DNA from: Myxococcota bacterium
GTDB lineage: Bacteria > Myxococcota_A > UBA796 > SXON01
Length of the DNA: 64,000 nucleotides
Direction of reading: 5' to 3'
Assembly: GCA_040386535.1 (NCBI GenBank)
Contig: JAZKFH010000005.1
Coordinates: forward strand, 6,058 to 70,057
Part shown: in pieces, positions 1 to 9,979 of the stretch
How the letters are laid out: each line of letters begins with the position of its first letter
Numbering within the stretch: position 1 is the first letter of the stretch
Notes under the pieces: generated by a model
The model's input: the letters and a program-made list of their open reading frames with translations, nothing else
Databases searched by the model: none
What the model was told of the DNA's origin: nothing
Position numbers and translations under genes: made by a program

Positions 1-920
1 GTGAAGTCGTCGTAGCCCTCGTAGAACGGCGGGGCGTCGCCGTTGTAGGTCACGTCGCCATCGACGGTGAAGACCTCCGCGGCCACGGCGACGGTGCTGT
101 CCTCGGTGATGGACTTGTCCTCGCGCACCAGGATCTCGTCGTAGCAGATTCCCTCGGTGCCGAGGTCCAACAGTACAAGCGAGATGTCATAGGTGCCGCC
201 GGGCACGGCGGCGGCGTATTCGCCACGGTCGCCATTGAAGTCGTATTGCCGGCCCGCTTCGGTGTCCGTGAAGGTTACTGTGAAGTCGTAGTAGCCCTCG
301 TACGACGGCGGGGAATCGCCGTTGTAGGTCACCTCGCCGTTCACCGCGAACACCTCGGCCTCAATGGCGACGGTGCTGTCCTCGTTGATGGACTTGTCCT
401 CGCGCACGAGGATCTCGTCGTAGCAGATTCCCTGGGTGCCGAGATCCAACAGTACCAGCGAGATGTCGTAGGTGCCGCCGGGCACCGCGGCGGCGTACGT
501 GCCGCGGTCGCCGCCGAAGTCGTACCGCCGCCCCGATTCGGTGTCCGTGAAATAGACGGTGAAGTCGTCGTAGCCCTCGTACGAGGGCGGGGTCTCCTCG
601 TTGTAGGTGACCCGCCCGGTGACGGCGAACACCTCTGCGTTCACGTCGATCGTGGCGTCTCCGTCGATGGACTCGCGCTCCTCGATCAGGAGCTCGTCGT
701 AGCAGATCCCCTCGGTCCCGAGGTCGAGCAGCACCAGCGAGATGTCGTAGGTGCCGCGGGGCACCGCGGCGGCGTAGTCGCCCGCGTCGCCGCCGAAGTC
801 GTACTGCCGCCCCGACTCCGTGTCGGTGAAGTACACGGTGAAGTCGTCGTAGCCGCTGTAGGTGGGCGGGCGTTCGCCGTTGTAGGTGACCTCACCGGTG
901 ACCCGAAAGACCTCCGCCGC
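1..920 (-). repeat. 279-bp intragenic tandem repeat, at least 3.3 copies
   Basis: gtgaagtcgt(c/a)gtagcc recurs at 1, 280, 559 and 838 (period 279 bp = 93 codons). Confidence 0.9.
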
Positions 921-1145
921 CACGTCCCACGTGCAGCCGCCCTCGTCGCACGCGGACTCGGTCTCGTCACATTCGCGGGTGGGCTCCGTGTCCGTGTCGG
1001 CGTCGGTGTCCGCGTCCGAATCGGCGTCGGTGTCGGCGTCGGCCTCGTTGCCCGGATCGCGCGCGTCCTTCCCGCCGAAGATGCACGCGGGCGAGGTCAG
1101 GAGGAGGAGCGCGATCGAGGCGAGGGGCAGGGCGTCGAGCTTCAC
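1..1145 (-). CDS. Lipoprotein with acidic DA/DT linker and tandem 93-aa beta-rich repeats (3' end runs off window)
   Basis: Not in ORF track. Manual translation from GTG at 1145 gives MKLDALPLASIALLLLTSPAC (lipobox), EADADTDADSDADTDADTD, then repeats such as EVFxVTGxVTYNGxxPPxYEGYDDFTVYFTDTESGRxYDFxGDxGxYAAAVPGGTYDISLVLLDLGTEGICYDE. Frame open to position 1. Confidence 0.85.
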   Translation of the reverse strand, partial: MKLDALPLASIALLLLTSPACIFGGKDARDPGNEADADTDADSDADTDADTDTEPTRECDETESACDEGGCTWDVAAEVFRVTGEVTYNGERPPTYSGYDDFTVYFTDTESGRQYDFGGDAGDYAAAVPRGTYDISLVLLDLGTEGICYDELLIEERESIDGDATIDVNAEVFAVTGRVTYNEETPPSYEGYDDFTVYFTDTESGRRYDFGGDRGTYAAAVPGGTYDISLVLLDLGTQGICYDEILVREDKSINEDSTVAIEAEVFAVNGEVTYNGDSPPSYEGYYDFTVTFTDTEAGRQYDFNGDRGEYAAAVPGGTYDISLVLLDLGTEGICYDEILVREDKSITEDSTVAVAAEVFTVDGDVTYNGDAPPFYEGYDDF

Positions 1146-1240
1146 GGGGCCTCGGGGCGGGGGCGCACCTTAGCTGACGATTCGTGGTTTCGCTTTCGGC
1201 TTGATTTCGTGAACGTCGCGCTGATCGGCGAGCACGACGC

Positions 1241-2038
1241 TCACTCGACCGGCATCGGCACCCGCGTTCCGTGCAGGCGACGCGCGTGCCGAAGCACGTC
1301 ACACACCGCCGTGCGGTTCGGCTCGTCGAGGCGTGAGATCAGCGGAACGCGCGGCGCGAGGACTGCCGCGGCCTCCTCGCTCGGATGGAGCGCGCAGGCG
1401 ATGAACAGCGCCCACTGACTCCCCCCGTGTGGTGGAGTGACCCCGTCGCCGCCGGCGTTCGACCACCGCGTGGGAGGCATGGCCTCGCGCGCCACCGAGA
1501 GCGTGTGAGCGACGACCCCGGGCGCAAACCAGGCATCCATCGCGGCGCTGACACCGTCGAGTACGGCGGCGCCGCGGTCGGCGGGCACACTCGCGCCGTG
1601 GCAACCAACCAGGGCCTCAGCGTCGAGGAGCAGCCTGTTGGCAGCGGCGATGGGCACCCCCGCGTGCTCGGTGAGCGTTGCCACGAGCGCCGGCCAGAGC
1701 ACGAACTCGAGGCCACGATCTGCGCGGTGGGCCCGCACCCCGGCGACGATCGCCGCGTCGTACTCGGTGCCCACCCTCCTGGTGAGATAAAAGAGCTCGT
1801 AGCCCAGCGGCATGACGGCGGTGACGGCGTTTGTCACCACCGCCGGGTCCAGGCCGGGTGGGAGGCCGGTCCGGTAGAGCTTCTGCACGGCCCAGCTCGC
1901 GGCGAAGTAGGCGCGCGATGCGTCGGCGTTCGCTTCGGTCGCGTTACTCGTCGCGTCCATCTCTTCGAGGAGTCGCACCAATTTGGCGTTGGTCGGCGGT
2001 CGGCGCACGACTCCGGCTCCCGTCTTCGTGGAGGTCAT
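1241..2038 (-). CDS. Hypothetical protein
   Basis: 265-aa ORF with protein-like composition; no motif recognised. Confidence 0.6.
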   Translation of the reverse strand: MTSTKTGAGVVRRPPTNAKLVRLLEEMDATSNATEANADASRAYFAASWAVQKLYRTGLPPGLDPAVVTNAVTAVMPLGYELFYLTRRVGTEYDAAIVAGVRAHRADRGLEFVLWPALVATLTEHAGVPIAAANRLLLDAEALVGCHGASVPADRGAAVLDGVSAAMDAWFAPGVVAHTLSVAREAMPPTRWSNAGGDGVTPPHGGSQWALFIACALHPSEEAAAVLAPRVPLISRLDEPNRTAVCDVLRHARRLHGTRVPMPVE

Positions 2039-2192
2039 GCGTTCGGATACCGCGTCCGTCGACCCGCGTCCAGAAGCGAAATCGGACGGCTGACGGACTC
2101 GGGGTCGGGCGTCCGTAGAAGCGCAACGGGACGGTCGGCCGCGGCACCGGGCCGCGTGATCCGGGCCGTGGCGCGCGTGCTACGGTGGCGCC

Positions 2193-3323
2193 ATGCGCCT
2201 GTTCCTCGCTCTTGCCGCCCTCTTCGCGCTCGCGTGCGCCGGCCCCGACACGGACACCGACGAGGACGAGGGTGGCGATGACGGCCCACCCGTCGAGCAC
2301 GAGGGGGACGACGCGGGGGAATGCGCCGACGGCGCCGACAACGACCTCGACGGAGCCTTCGACTGCGACGACAGCGAGTGTGACGGTTCACCGGATTGTG
2401 ACGGTGACACGGACACCGACACGGACACGGACACCGACACGGACACCGACACCGACACCGACACCGACGCCCCCTGTGTCGTCGGCGTGGTCTCCGTCGA
2501 TCCCGGCGACGGCGCCGAGGAGGTCTCGCCCGACGCGTCCCTCGTCGTGGCGTTCGACGGCGAGCCCACGCCAGTGGACTTCGCGCTGACGGACGGGAGC
2601 GGGGAGGCCCTCGCCTTCACGACGAGCTGGGACAGCGGCGGAACGGTCGCGACGTTGAGCGCCGACCTCGAAGCAGCCACCGACTACACGCTCGCGGTCA
2701 CGGTTTGTGGGATTCGGACCGAGAGCTCGTTTCACACGCGCGCAGGGTTGGGGCTCGACATCCCAGCCGAGGATCTGATCGATCGGGTGTACGTCACGCG
2801 CCTCTCCGAGATGATCGTCACGGATCCCTCGTTCCTGGACATCCTCGCGAGCGTCTACCTGACGATGCCGCTGCTCCTCGCGGTCGAGGACGCGAGCGAG
2901 CCCGCCCTCGATCTCGTGCTGAAGCCCGGCCACCAGGAGGACGACGGGAGCTACTCCGCGCAGGCGGGGCTGCCCGACTGGGACTTCGCCCCCACCTCGT
3001 TCGTCGGCTCACCCGACTTCGAGACGGCGCCGGTCACCGGAGGGGCCTTGTACTACTCGGACACCGCGATGCCCGTGGAGGATCTCCTGGTCGCGGGCAC
3101 GTTCGCCGGCGACGGGTCCTCCATCTTCGACCTGACGCTGACCGGGCTGCTCGACACGCGGAACATGGACGTTCTGGTCGGAGCGGAGGGCAGGCCCGGC
3201 GCGATTTGTGACATCGCTGGGAAGGCGGGGGTGGTCTGTGACACCTGCGCCGACGGAGCGCCGTACTGCCTCCCGATGCGGGCGGAGGGAACCGCCTCCT
3301 GGTCTCCAGACGCTACGTATTGA
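2193..3323 (+). CDS. Lipoprotein with Cys/Asp motif, (DT)n linker and Ig-like (Big_5/SbsA-type) domain
   Basis: MRLFLALAALFALAC lipobox; CADGADNDLDGAFDCDDSEC; DTDTDT run; VVSVDPGDGAEEVSPDASLVVAF...LEAATDYTLAV resembles Big_5. Confidence 0.8.
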   Translation: MRLFLALAALFALACAGPDTDTDEDEGGDDGPPVEHEGDDAGECADGADNDLDGAFDCDDSECDGSPDCDGDTDTDTDTDTDTDTDTDTDTDAPCVVGVVSVDPGDGAEEVSPDASLVVAFDGEPTPVDFALTDGSGEALAFTTSWDSGGTVATLSADLEAATDYTLAVTVCGIRTESSFHTRAGLGLDIPAEDLIDRVYVTRLSEMIVTDPSFLDILASVYLTMPLLLAVEDASEPALDLVLKPGHQEDDGSYSAQAGLPDWDFAPTSFVGSPDFETAPVTGGALYYSDTAMPVEDLLVAGTFAGDGSSIFDLTLTGLLDTRNMDVLVGAEGRPGAICDIAGKAGVVCDTCADGAPYCLPMRAEGTASWSPDATY

Positions 3324-3496
3324 TGCTCCTGTTGCTCGCTGCGTGTGGACGATCGACCAGCGGCACCCCTCTACGAGGGCGTCGCCGCGAGCCCGACGGG
3401 GCTACGCGCAGCATGGCCGGAGGTGTGAGGGCATTGTCGCCCCGGTGCCGAACCATCGTGTTGGTCGGCACCGAGGATCGCGGGCAGGACCGGAGC

Positions 3497-3636
3497 CGGC
3501 CGATGACCAAGCATCTCTCGACTGCGGTCCGCCTGGGAGGACCGCGGTCGGCCGATGACCAAGCATCTCTCGACTGTGGTCCGCCTGGGAGGACCGCAGT
3601 CGGCCGATGACCAAGCAACTCCCGACTGCGGTCCGC
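3497..3636. repeat. 52-bp palindromic tandem repeat (REP/BIME-like), about 2.7 copies
   Basis: cggccgatgaccaagca starts at 3497, 3549 and 3601; the two full units contain the stem cgactg(c/t)ggtcc-N8-ggaccgc(g/a)gtcg. Confidence 0.8.
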
Positions 3637-3987
3637 GCGTCGGGATTGGCTGGCCGGCCGACTGAAGTGGATCACACCCGGTCGAGGACCCCCTCGGTCA
3701 CGGGAGTGACACGCGTCCGCGGGCGAGGCGACCGGAGCGCGGCGCGGGCCACCCCCGGGTCACGGGGCGGAGCCCGCTCGCTCTCGACGCCCGCGCCGGT
3801 CGGCCGGCCCGCAGCCGGACGACGGAGGCGCCTCGCGCCGACCGCGGAGGGCGCCGACCCCGGCTGCTCGGAGCCGGGGTCGCCCCCTGGACCGCTCCAC
3901 ACCCCCTCCCGCACCCGCGCCCGGCCGCTCCACACCCCCTCCTGCACCCGCGGCACGCCGCCCCGGACGGCTTCAGAGGCCCTCCCG

Positions 3988-4356
3988 CTACCCCCCGACC
4001 GCTGCCCCCGCGTCCGCGCCGCCCACGCCAGGCGCCTCCACCGCCCCGGCCTCGTCGAGCGCGGCCAGCCCCTCGCCCGTGTCGCCCTTCCGCCCCGCCG
4101 ACGTGGCCGGGTAGACAACGCGCGGGTCGAGCGCGAGCTCGGGCATCCACGCGGCCACGTAGACGTAGTGCCAGCCCGCGCGCCGGGTCCGGTCGGCGCG
4201 TTCGCGGGCGGCGTCGAGGGTGGCGCGCACGTCCACGACCTCGCGGGTGATAGCGACGGCCATGTCGGCGTGGCGGGCGAGCGCCGCGTCGATGCGGGTC
4301 ATCGCCGGGCTCGCGCCGAGGACGGTGGCGAGGGCGGCGCGCACGTGGCCATCCAC
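3988..4356 (-). CDS. Possible small hypothetical protein
   Basis: 122-aa ORF downstream of and co-oriented with the RCC1-like gene; no motif. Confidence 0.35.
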   Translation of the reverse strand: MDGHVRAALATVLGASPAMTRIDAALARHADMAVAITREVVDVRATLDAARERADRTRRAGWHYVYVAAWMPELALDPRVVYPATSAGRKGDTGEGLAALDEAGAVEAPGVGGADAGAAVGG

Positions 4357-4374
4357 GACTGAGTGTGGGCCTCG

Positions 4375-5283
4375 TCAGCGACCTGACGGCGGGATCGTCT
4401 GCTCCGGCGGCACCGGTGTACCCCACTTGCACACGTCATCGCCCGTCCCGCTGCAACCCCAACACTCGATCCCGCCGTCCTGGCGGACGCCGCAGGTAAG
4501 GTATTCTCCGGCGTCGATGCTGGCCCAAGGGCCGCTCGGCGTGCCGGAGATTTGTCCGGCGTCGTCGTCGCCCCAGCAGATTGCCTCTCGGTCGGCGTTC
4601 AGGGCGCAGGCGTGAAACCAACCGACAGTGAGATCGACGAATCCTTCCCCCGCGGGAGGGCTGAGGAGCAACGCGTCCGGAATGCCCCAGCAGGAGATTC
4701 GGCCAGCGGCATCCAATACGCAGGCCGCGCGTCCGGACGTTTCCATTCGCTGGTAGCTTCCCGTCGGCGGCTGCGTATTCACGTCATGTGTGGTCGACCA
4801 GCCCCAAAGGACCACGTGGCCTTCCGAGTCGAGTGCCACGGAGTCCGTAGCATAGGTGCCCACGTCGGCGTAGGTCCCCGAGGGAGGCGAGGTTTCGCCA
4901 CCGTAGTTTGAACCCCAACAGGCAAGCGTGCCGTCTGTCCGGATCCCGCAGGCGTGCTCGGCGGCAATGGACAGACGAGACCAACTCCCTGCTGGCACGT
5001 CTGCCTGCCCACTGCCGTTCCAGCCCCAACAACGTGCGGACTGGTCTGCCACCTGAATTCCGCAGGTCGTCGCCAACCCCGTTTCCAGCGCGGCCCAACC
5101 CTTTGAGGGGGGCGTGGTCTGCCCGTAGTCGACCTGCCCCACGTCAAGAAACTGGCAACGGGCGCTGCCGTACGAGAGGGCACACCCCCACCCGGCGCCA
5201 ATGTCAAGCGAGTCGATCTTCGTCGCCGTGACGTCCGGCTCGGAGCCAGCACATCCAATCAGCAGCCAGACCCACATGGTCAC
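4375..5283 (-). CDS. RCC1/BLIP-II-like beta-propeller lipoprotein
   Basis: Repeated HACGIRTDGTLACWG / HACALNADREAICWG blades with GQxxxP; WVWLLIGC lipobox (alternative start ATG 5277). Confidence 0.8.
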   Translation of the reverse strand: MTMWVWLLIGCAGSEPDVTATKIDSLDIGAGWGCALSYGSARCQFLDVGQVDYGQTTPPSKGWAALETGLATTCGIQVADQSARCWGWNGSGQADVPAGSWSRLSIAAEHACGIRTDGTLACWGSNYGGETSPPSGTYADVGTYATDSVALDSEGHVVLWGWSTTHDVNTQPPTGSYQRMETSGRAACVLDAAGRISCWGIPDALLLSPPAGEGFVDLTVGWFHACALNADREAICWGDDDAGQISGTPSGPWASIDAGEYLTCGVRQDGGIECWGCSGTGDDVCKWGTPVPPEQTIPPSGR

Positions 5284-5352
5284 TCCGCCGCAAAGCCTAC
5301 CACACTCTCGTCGCGACTGGGACGCGCTCGTCGGCTCTTGAGGCGCGTCGAG

Positions 5353-6558
5353 CTACCGCAGCGTGCCGCTGCCCGCGATCTCGACGACGCTCTCGACCGA
5401 CACCGCCGTTTCGCGGACCGCGTCGTCTTGCACGAGCACCACGTTGCGGCCGCCGGCCACCTTCAGCGTATACGCGCCCGTGCTGCCCCCGCACTCCGCG
5501 GAGGCCATGCCGACCACGACCTCGTACGTCCCCACGGTCGTGCTGGAGAGCTCGGCGGACGGGCACCGGTACTTCGGAGGCGGGTGGGTGCAGATGAAGC
5601 TGTCGTCCGCCGTGCCGACCGTACAGCCGGAGGGATCGTTCACCCAGAACATCGCGTCGAAGGCCGTGGCGTCGGCCACGGTGTCCACCGTGATCTGCAC
5701 GGCGGCCCCGGTGGCGTCGAAGCGCCACACGTCCACGGTGTTCGCCTCACATTCGAGCTGCTCGCTCACGCCGGTGCCACCGAACCCCTCTTCGGCGTCG
5801 ATCCTGTCGACCGTCCCGCAGTCCTCGAAGGCGTAGGTTTCGTACGCGTCGAACGAGCCCGCGTAGCTGAACGACCACGCGAGCGTGCTGCCCGACCAGG
5901 TGACCGAGCTGTCGTCGGCGCCGTCGTAGGCGACGGCCCGGAAGTACGGCCCCGGGTAATCGTAGGTGTAGCCGTAGCGCTCGTACTCCTTCGAGTAGCC
6001 CTGGATGAGCGCGTTGTCGTAGTCGTAGTCGGACCCCTCGAAGGTCGGCGCGTAGGCCAGCAGCAGGTCGTAGTTCACCTCCGTCTCGATGAACGACCAC
6101 GCCGGATAGTGTTCGCAGCCCGCGGCGCTGCGGTCCCGCGTGATCGTGTCGTCGATCTTGAACGCGAAGCTGCACCCCTCGCAGTCTCCGATGTAGGGCG
6201 TGCCCTCCAGCGTCGCGACGATATCACACTCCACCACGCCGTCGAGGGTGCTGTACACCGTCACCTCGCCGTCGAAGCGGGTGTAGTCGGCGTCGGCGTC
6301 CGTGTCGGCGTCAGCGTCAGCGTCGGTGTCCGCGTCAGCGTCGGCGTCGGTGTCCGCGTCAGCATCGGCATCCGTATCGGCGTCGGCGTCGGCATCCGAG
6401 TCCGCATCGGTGTCGGCATCCGCCTCGTCCTCGGCAACGCACTCCTTGTCGTCGGCCACAGTCCCGTCGCCGCACGGGGGGCTCCCCGAGGCGCACCCGA
6501 GCGCGGCCAGGAAGCCGAGCGCGGACACCGAGGCGAGGAGCAGGCGGGACGTCGTCAT
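5353..6558 (-). CDS. Lipoprotein with (DA/DT)n linker and C-terminal PPC-like beta-sandwich
   Basis: Start trimmed to ATG 6558 (MTTSRLLLASVSALGFLAALGC); DADTDADS run; VDVWRF...VQITVDT...FDAMFWVNDPSG...ADDS...GTYEVVV...GAYTLKV is PPC-like. Confidence 0.75.
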   Translation of the reverse strand: MTTSRLLLASVSALGFLAALGCASGSPPCGDGTVADDKECVAEDEADADTDADSDADADADTDADADADTDADADADTDADADADTDADADYTRFDGEVTVYSTLDGVVECDIVATLEGTPYIGDCEGCSFAFKIDDTITRDRSAAGCEHYPAWSFIETEVNYDLLLAYAPTFEGSDYDYDNALIQGYSKEYERYGYTYDYPGPYFRAVAYDGADDSSVTWSGSTLAWSFSYAGSFDAYETYAFEDCGTVDRIDAEEGFGGTGVSEQLECEANTVDVWRFDATGAAVQITVDTVADATAFDAMFWVNDPSGCTVGTADDSFICTHPPPKYRCPSAELSSTTVGTYEVVVGMASAECGGSTGAYTLKVAGGRNVVLVQDDAVRETAVSVESVVEIAGSGTLR

Positions 6559-6717
6559 CGTTGGCACCGGAAGAGGCGCGACCGTACCTGCGCTCCGGGC
6601 CAGCGTCAACGTCGGGACCGGGTCGGAGTGTCAGCGGGCGAGCGTCAACCCCCACGGTTAGAAACTCCCCGCCGTGCCGACGAAAGCCCCCCCGCGCCAG
6701 GTCACCCAAAGGGCGCC

Positions 6718-6835
6718 GGCGCCCCGCCGGCGGTTCCGCGCCGGCCCGGGCCCGGGCGGGCCGGCGCGAACCAAGCGCCTTCGGCGCGCGCCCGGAGGAC
6801 GACCGCCGCCGGGCGTCCTCGCCCGGCGGGGCGCC
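6718..6835. other. Multi-stem palindromic intergenic element
   Basis: 13-bp perfect outer stem 6718-6730/6823-6835 encloses hairpins 6737-6748/6757-6768, 6775-6787 and 6795-6801/6814-6820. Confidence 0.5.
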
Positions 6836-6858
6836 CCGCCCCTACACCCCGATGAGAC

Positions 6859-8919
6859 CTACCAAACCTCACACGCGTTCGCGGGCCGCATCGCGGTGCC
6901 CTCGGCACAACCAAACGCCGCGGCGAACTCGGGGAGGTTCGCGAGGGGGCCGTTGACACGGTAGCGGGGCGGGCTGTGGGGGTCGGACAGGGCGCGCATC
7001 TTCTGGATCTCGGGGCTCGCGACGACACACCAGGACTGCGCGGCGGCCACGAAGAACAGTTGGTCCTCGGTGAGGCCGGGCACGTTGGCCGGGGCGGCCT
7101 GCTGGGCCTTGTAGGCGCGGTACGCCGCGCGGTAGCCGCCGATGTCGGCGATGTTCTCGCCGAGCGTCAGGGCGCCGTTGACATTGATGCCCTCGGCCAC
7201 GTTGTAGCCGCTGTACTGCTTCTCGACACAGGCGGCGCGCTCCTCGAAGCGGGCGCTCACCTCGGGCGCCCACCACTCGACCATCTTGCCGTCGCCGTCG
7301 AACTTGCGGCCCTGGTCGTCAAAACCGTGGGTGAGCTCGTGGCCCATGACCATGCCGATGGAGCCGTAGTTCATCACCGCGGGGTAGTCGCGGTCGAAGA
7401 ACGGGGCCTGCAGGATGCCGGCGGGGAACGCCATCTCGTTCATGGAGGGGTCGTAGTAGGCGTTCACGGTCGGGGGCGACATGTACCAGTCGCCCTTGGG
7501 GACGGGCTGGCCGATCTTGGCGCTGGTGCGGGCGGACTCGAACGCCATCGCCGCGAGCACGTTGGCGGTGTGGGTGCCCGGGGTGATCGTGAGGGTGGAG
7601 TAGTCCTTCCACACGTCGGGGTAGCCGATCTTGTTGTTGATCTTCTTCATCTTCTCGACGGCGCGGGCGCGGGTGGCGTCATCCATCCACGTGAGGCCGG
7701 CGAGGCCCCCCTCGAACGCGGTCTCGATGTCACGGATCATCGTGAGCGACTTTTCCTTGCTGTCCCCGGCAAAGTTCGATTGGACGAAGCTCTTGCCGGT
7801 GATCTCGCCGATGAGCGCGTCCGCCGCGCCCACACAACGCTTCCAACGGGGCTCCTGCTCCTTCTGGCCGGTCACCTTCTGGCCGTAGAACGCAAAGTGG
7901 GCGTCGTACGTGGTCTTGCCCATGTACGGGGCGGTGGCGTGCATCAGGTGCCACTTCAGGTACGCACGCACGGTCTTGATGTCGGTCTTGACGAGGATGG
8001 TCTCGAGCTTCTTGAACACGCCCGGGACCTCGACGTTGATGTCGTTCGCCGTGGCGGGCACGCCGGCGCCGGCGAGCCACTGGTCCCAACCCAGCTTGGG
8101 TGTGAGCTTCACGAGGCCGGCGCGGTCGATCTTGTTGTACACCTTCTCCGGGTCGCGCAGCTCGGCGCGGGGCACCCAGGCGTCCGCGATGGCGGTCTCG
8201 AGCGTGACGATCGCCTTGGCCTGCTTCGCGGCGTCGGCGGCGGGCACCCCGGCGACCACGAGCATCTCGGCCACGTGGGCCTCGTAGGCCACGAGGAGGG
8301 TCTTGGTGTCGGCGTCGGTCTTGAGGTAGTAGTCGCGGTCGGGCAGGCCGAGGCCACCTTCCGTCATGTGGAGGATGTTCTTCGTCGGGTCCTTGAAGTC
8401 GTTGTAGACCCCCGCGCCCACGAACGGGGCCACGCCCACCGTGGTGAGGCGGCCGGCCACGCGCATCGCGCCCTTCAGGTCCTTCGCGGCGTCGATCTCC
8501 TTCAGATACGGCGCCAGCGCGGCCGTAGCGGTCGCGTCGACCGCGGGCTCGTCCATACACGCGCCGTAGAAGTTGCCCATCTTGGCCCAGTCGGCGTCGC
8601 CGGTGGTGGGGCTGGCGGCGGCCTTCTCGAGGGTGGCCTTCTGCACGGACAGGTTCGCGTCACGGATGGTGGAGAAGCTCTTGCCCCACAGCGGCTTGTC
8701 GGCCGGGAGCGGCGTCGCGTCCATCCAGCCGCCGCAGGCGTAACGGTAGAAGTCCTCGCAGGCGTTGGCCTTGGTGTCCATCGCGGAGACGAGCGCCTTG
8801 GCGTACTCGGGCATGACCGGCGCGGGGGCCGGCGCGTCGACGGGGGTGGGGGGCGGTGCCGAGGCCTTGGGGGCGCAGGAGGCGGCGAAGAGGAGGACGA
8901 GGAAGCGGGAAGCAGGCAT
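6859..8919 (-). CDS. M13 family zinc metallopeptidase (neprilysin/PepO-like), lipoprotein
   Basis: CEDFYRYACGGW, VNAYY, GHELTHGFD (HExxH), GENIAD, DPHSP; lipobox LFAASC. Confidence 0.95.
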   Translation of the reverse strand: MPASRFLVLLFAASCAPKASAPPPTPVDAPAPAPVMPEYAKALVSAMDTKANACEDFYRYACGGWMDATPLPADKPLWGKSFSTIRDANLSVQKATLEKAAASPTTGDADWAKMGNFYGACMDEPAVDATATAALAPYLKEIDAAKDLKGAMRVAGRLTTVGVAPFVGAGVYNDFKDPTKNILHMTEGGLGLPDRDYYLKTDADTKTLLVAYEAHVAEMLVVAGVPAADAAKQAKAIVTLETAIADAWVPRAELRDPEKVYNKIDRAGLVKLTPKLGWDQWLAGAGVPATANDINVEVPGVFKKLETILVKTDIKTVRAYLKWHLMHATAPYMGKTTYDAHFAFYGQKVTGQKEQEPRWKRCVGAADALIGEITGKSFVQSNFAGDSKEKSLTMIRDIETAFEGGLAGLTWMDDATRARAVEKMKKINNKIGYPDVWKDYSTLTITPGTHTANVLAAMAFESARTSAKIGQPVPKGDWYMSPPTVNAYYDPSMNEMAFPAGILQAPFFDRDYPAVMNYGSIGMVMGHELTHGFDDQGRKFDGDGKMVEWWAPEVSARFEERAACVEKQYSGYNVAEGINVNGALTLGENIADIGGYRAAYRAYKAQQAAPANVPGLTEDQLFFVAAAQSWCVVASPEIQKMRALSDPHSPPRYRVNGPLANLPEFAAAFGCAEGTAMRPANACEVW

Positions 8920-9012
8920 GGCGCGGGTTTAGCCCGGCGGGGGAGTCGGGCAAGGCCACCACGTCGGTTCGACCGCGTGCGACCCGCGGGATCGCGCGGC
9001 ATAGTCGTAGCC

Positions 9013-9882
9013 ATGCGCATCCTGGTCCCCCTGGCCCTCCTCGCCCTCCTCCCCGCGTGCACATCGTCGAACCAGGACAAGGCCCCGGACGACACCGCCC
9101 CCGACGACACCGCGCCCCCCGCGGCCGGCACCGTCGCCCTGGGCGAGCGCTGCCCGCTCCTCGAGCGCATCGGCGAGATCACGATCTGGGAGAGCGGCCC
9201 CGACGCATACCTCGGCGGCAAGGTGTACGACCGCGCCGACGCCTGGTACGGCCCGCCCGAGCTGGCGAACAGCTCCTGCGCCTACCACCGCTTCTCCACC
9301 CTATCGTGCGGCACGTGCGACGCGGGCGAGGTGTGCGGGTATTCGGGCGAGTGCGAGCCCGAGAAGCGCGCGATCACCGACGCGGTGCTCGAGGTGAGCG
9401 TGAACGGCGTCGCCCAGACCTATGTGGCCGATCCGACCACCGGCGATCTGTACGGCACCGTGGGCCTCGCGAGCGACCTGTACACGCTCACTCTCTCGTT
9501 CGCCGGGCAGCGGATCGAGGTGCCCGAGCTGGGGCTGGCCCGGGGCGTCACCCACCTCACGGTCGGCGCCGAGGGCGACTCGATGGCCCCGGGCGCGCTG
9601 ACCGCCACCTGGACGCCGCCCGCCGAAGGGGGGCGCGTCTCCACCCTCGTTCCCATCAACCACCACGCGGCGGGCCCAACGTTCATGCGTTGTGATGTCG
9701 ACGCCGCGGTGGGCCGCTTCGACGCCGACGCCGCGATGCTCGAGCCGCTCGCCGTCGTGACGGGCCTCGAGTTCCAGAGCGTCGACCACACCCAGAACGC
9801 CGCCGCCTACACGGCGCTCGGCTGCGTGGACGTGCGCCTGGGCGTGCAGATGTACGTGGGGGTCGACTGGGCGGACGAGTGA
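9013..9882 (+). CDS. Cys-rich lipoprotein, unknown function
   Basis: Real start ATG 9013 (MRILVPLALLALLPAC) inside the over-extended track ORF 6976..9882. Confidence 0.8.
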   Translation: MRILVPLALLALLPACTSSNQDKAPDDTAPDDTAPPAAGTVALGERCPLLERIGEITIWESGPDAYLGGKVYDRADAWYGPPELANSSCAYHRFSTLSCGTCDAGEVCGYSGECEPEKRAITDAVLEVSVNGVAQTYVADPTTGDLYGTVGLASDLYTLTLSFAGQRIEVPELGLARGVTHLTVGAEGDSMAPGALTATWTPPAEGGRVSTLVPINHHAAGPTFMRCDVDAAVGRFDADAAMLEPLAVVTGLEFQSVDHTQNAAAYTALGCVDVRLGVQMYVGVDWADE

Positions 9883-9979
9883 CCCGGGGCATGGGTGCAC
9901 CCGACGCCAGGGCATGGGCGCCCCGGGGCCGCGAGGACGCGTCCCCGTCGGCCCCCTCCAGTCTCGCGGCCGAGCCGCT

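Noticed and set aside
3497..3636. Possible CRISPR array
   Set aside because: Whole units repeat with no unique spacers, and no cas genes are in the window.
3892..3952. 33-bp-period direct duplication (ccgctccacaccccctcc..gcacccgcg)
   Set aside because: Two copies only, in a region without a convincing gene; likely local slippage.
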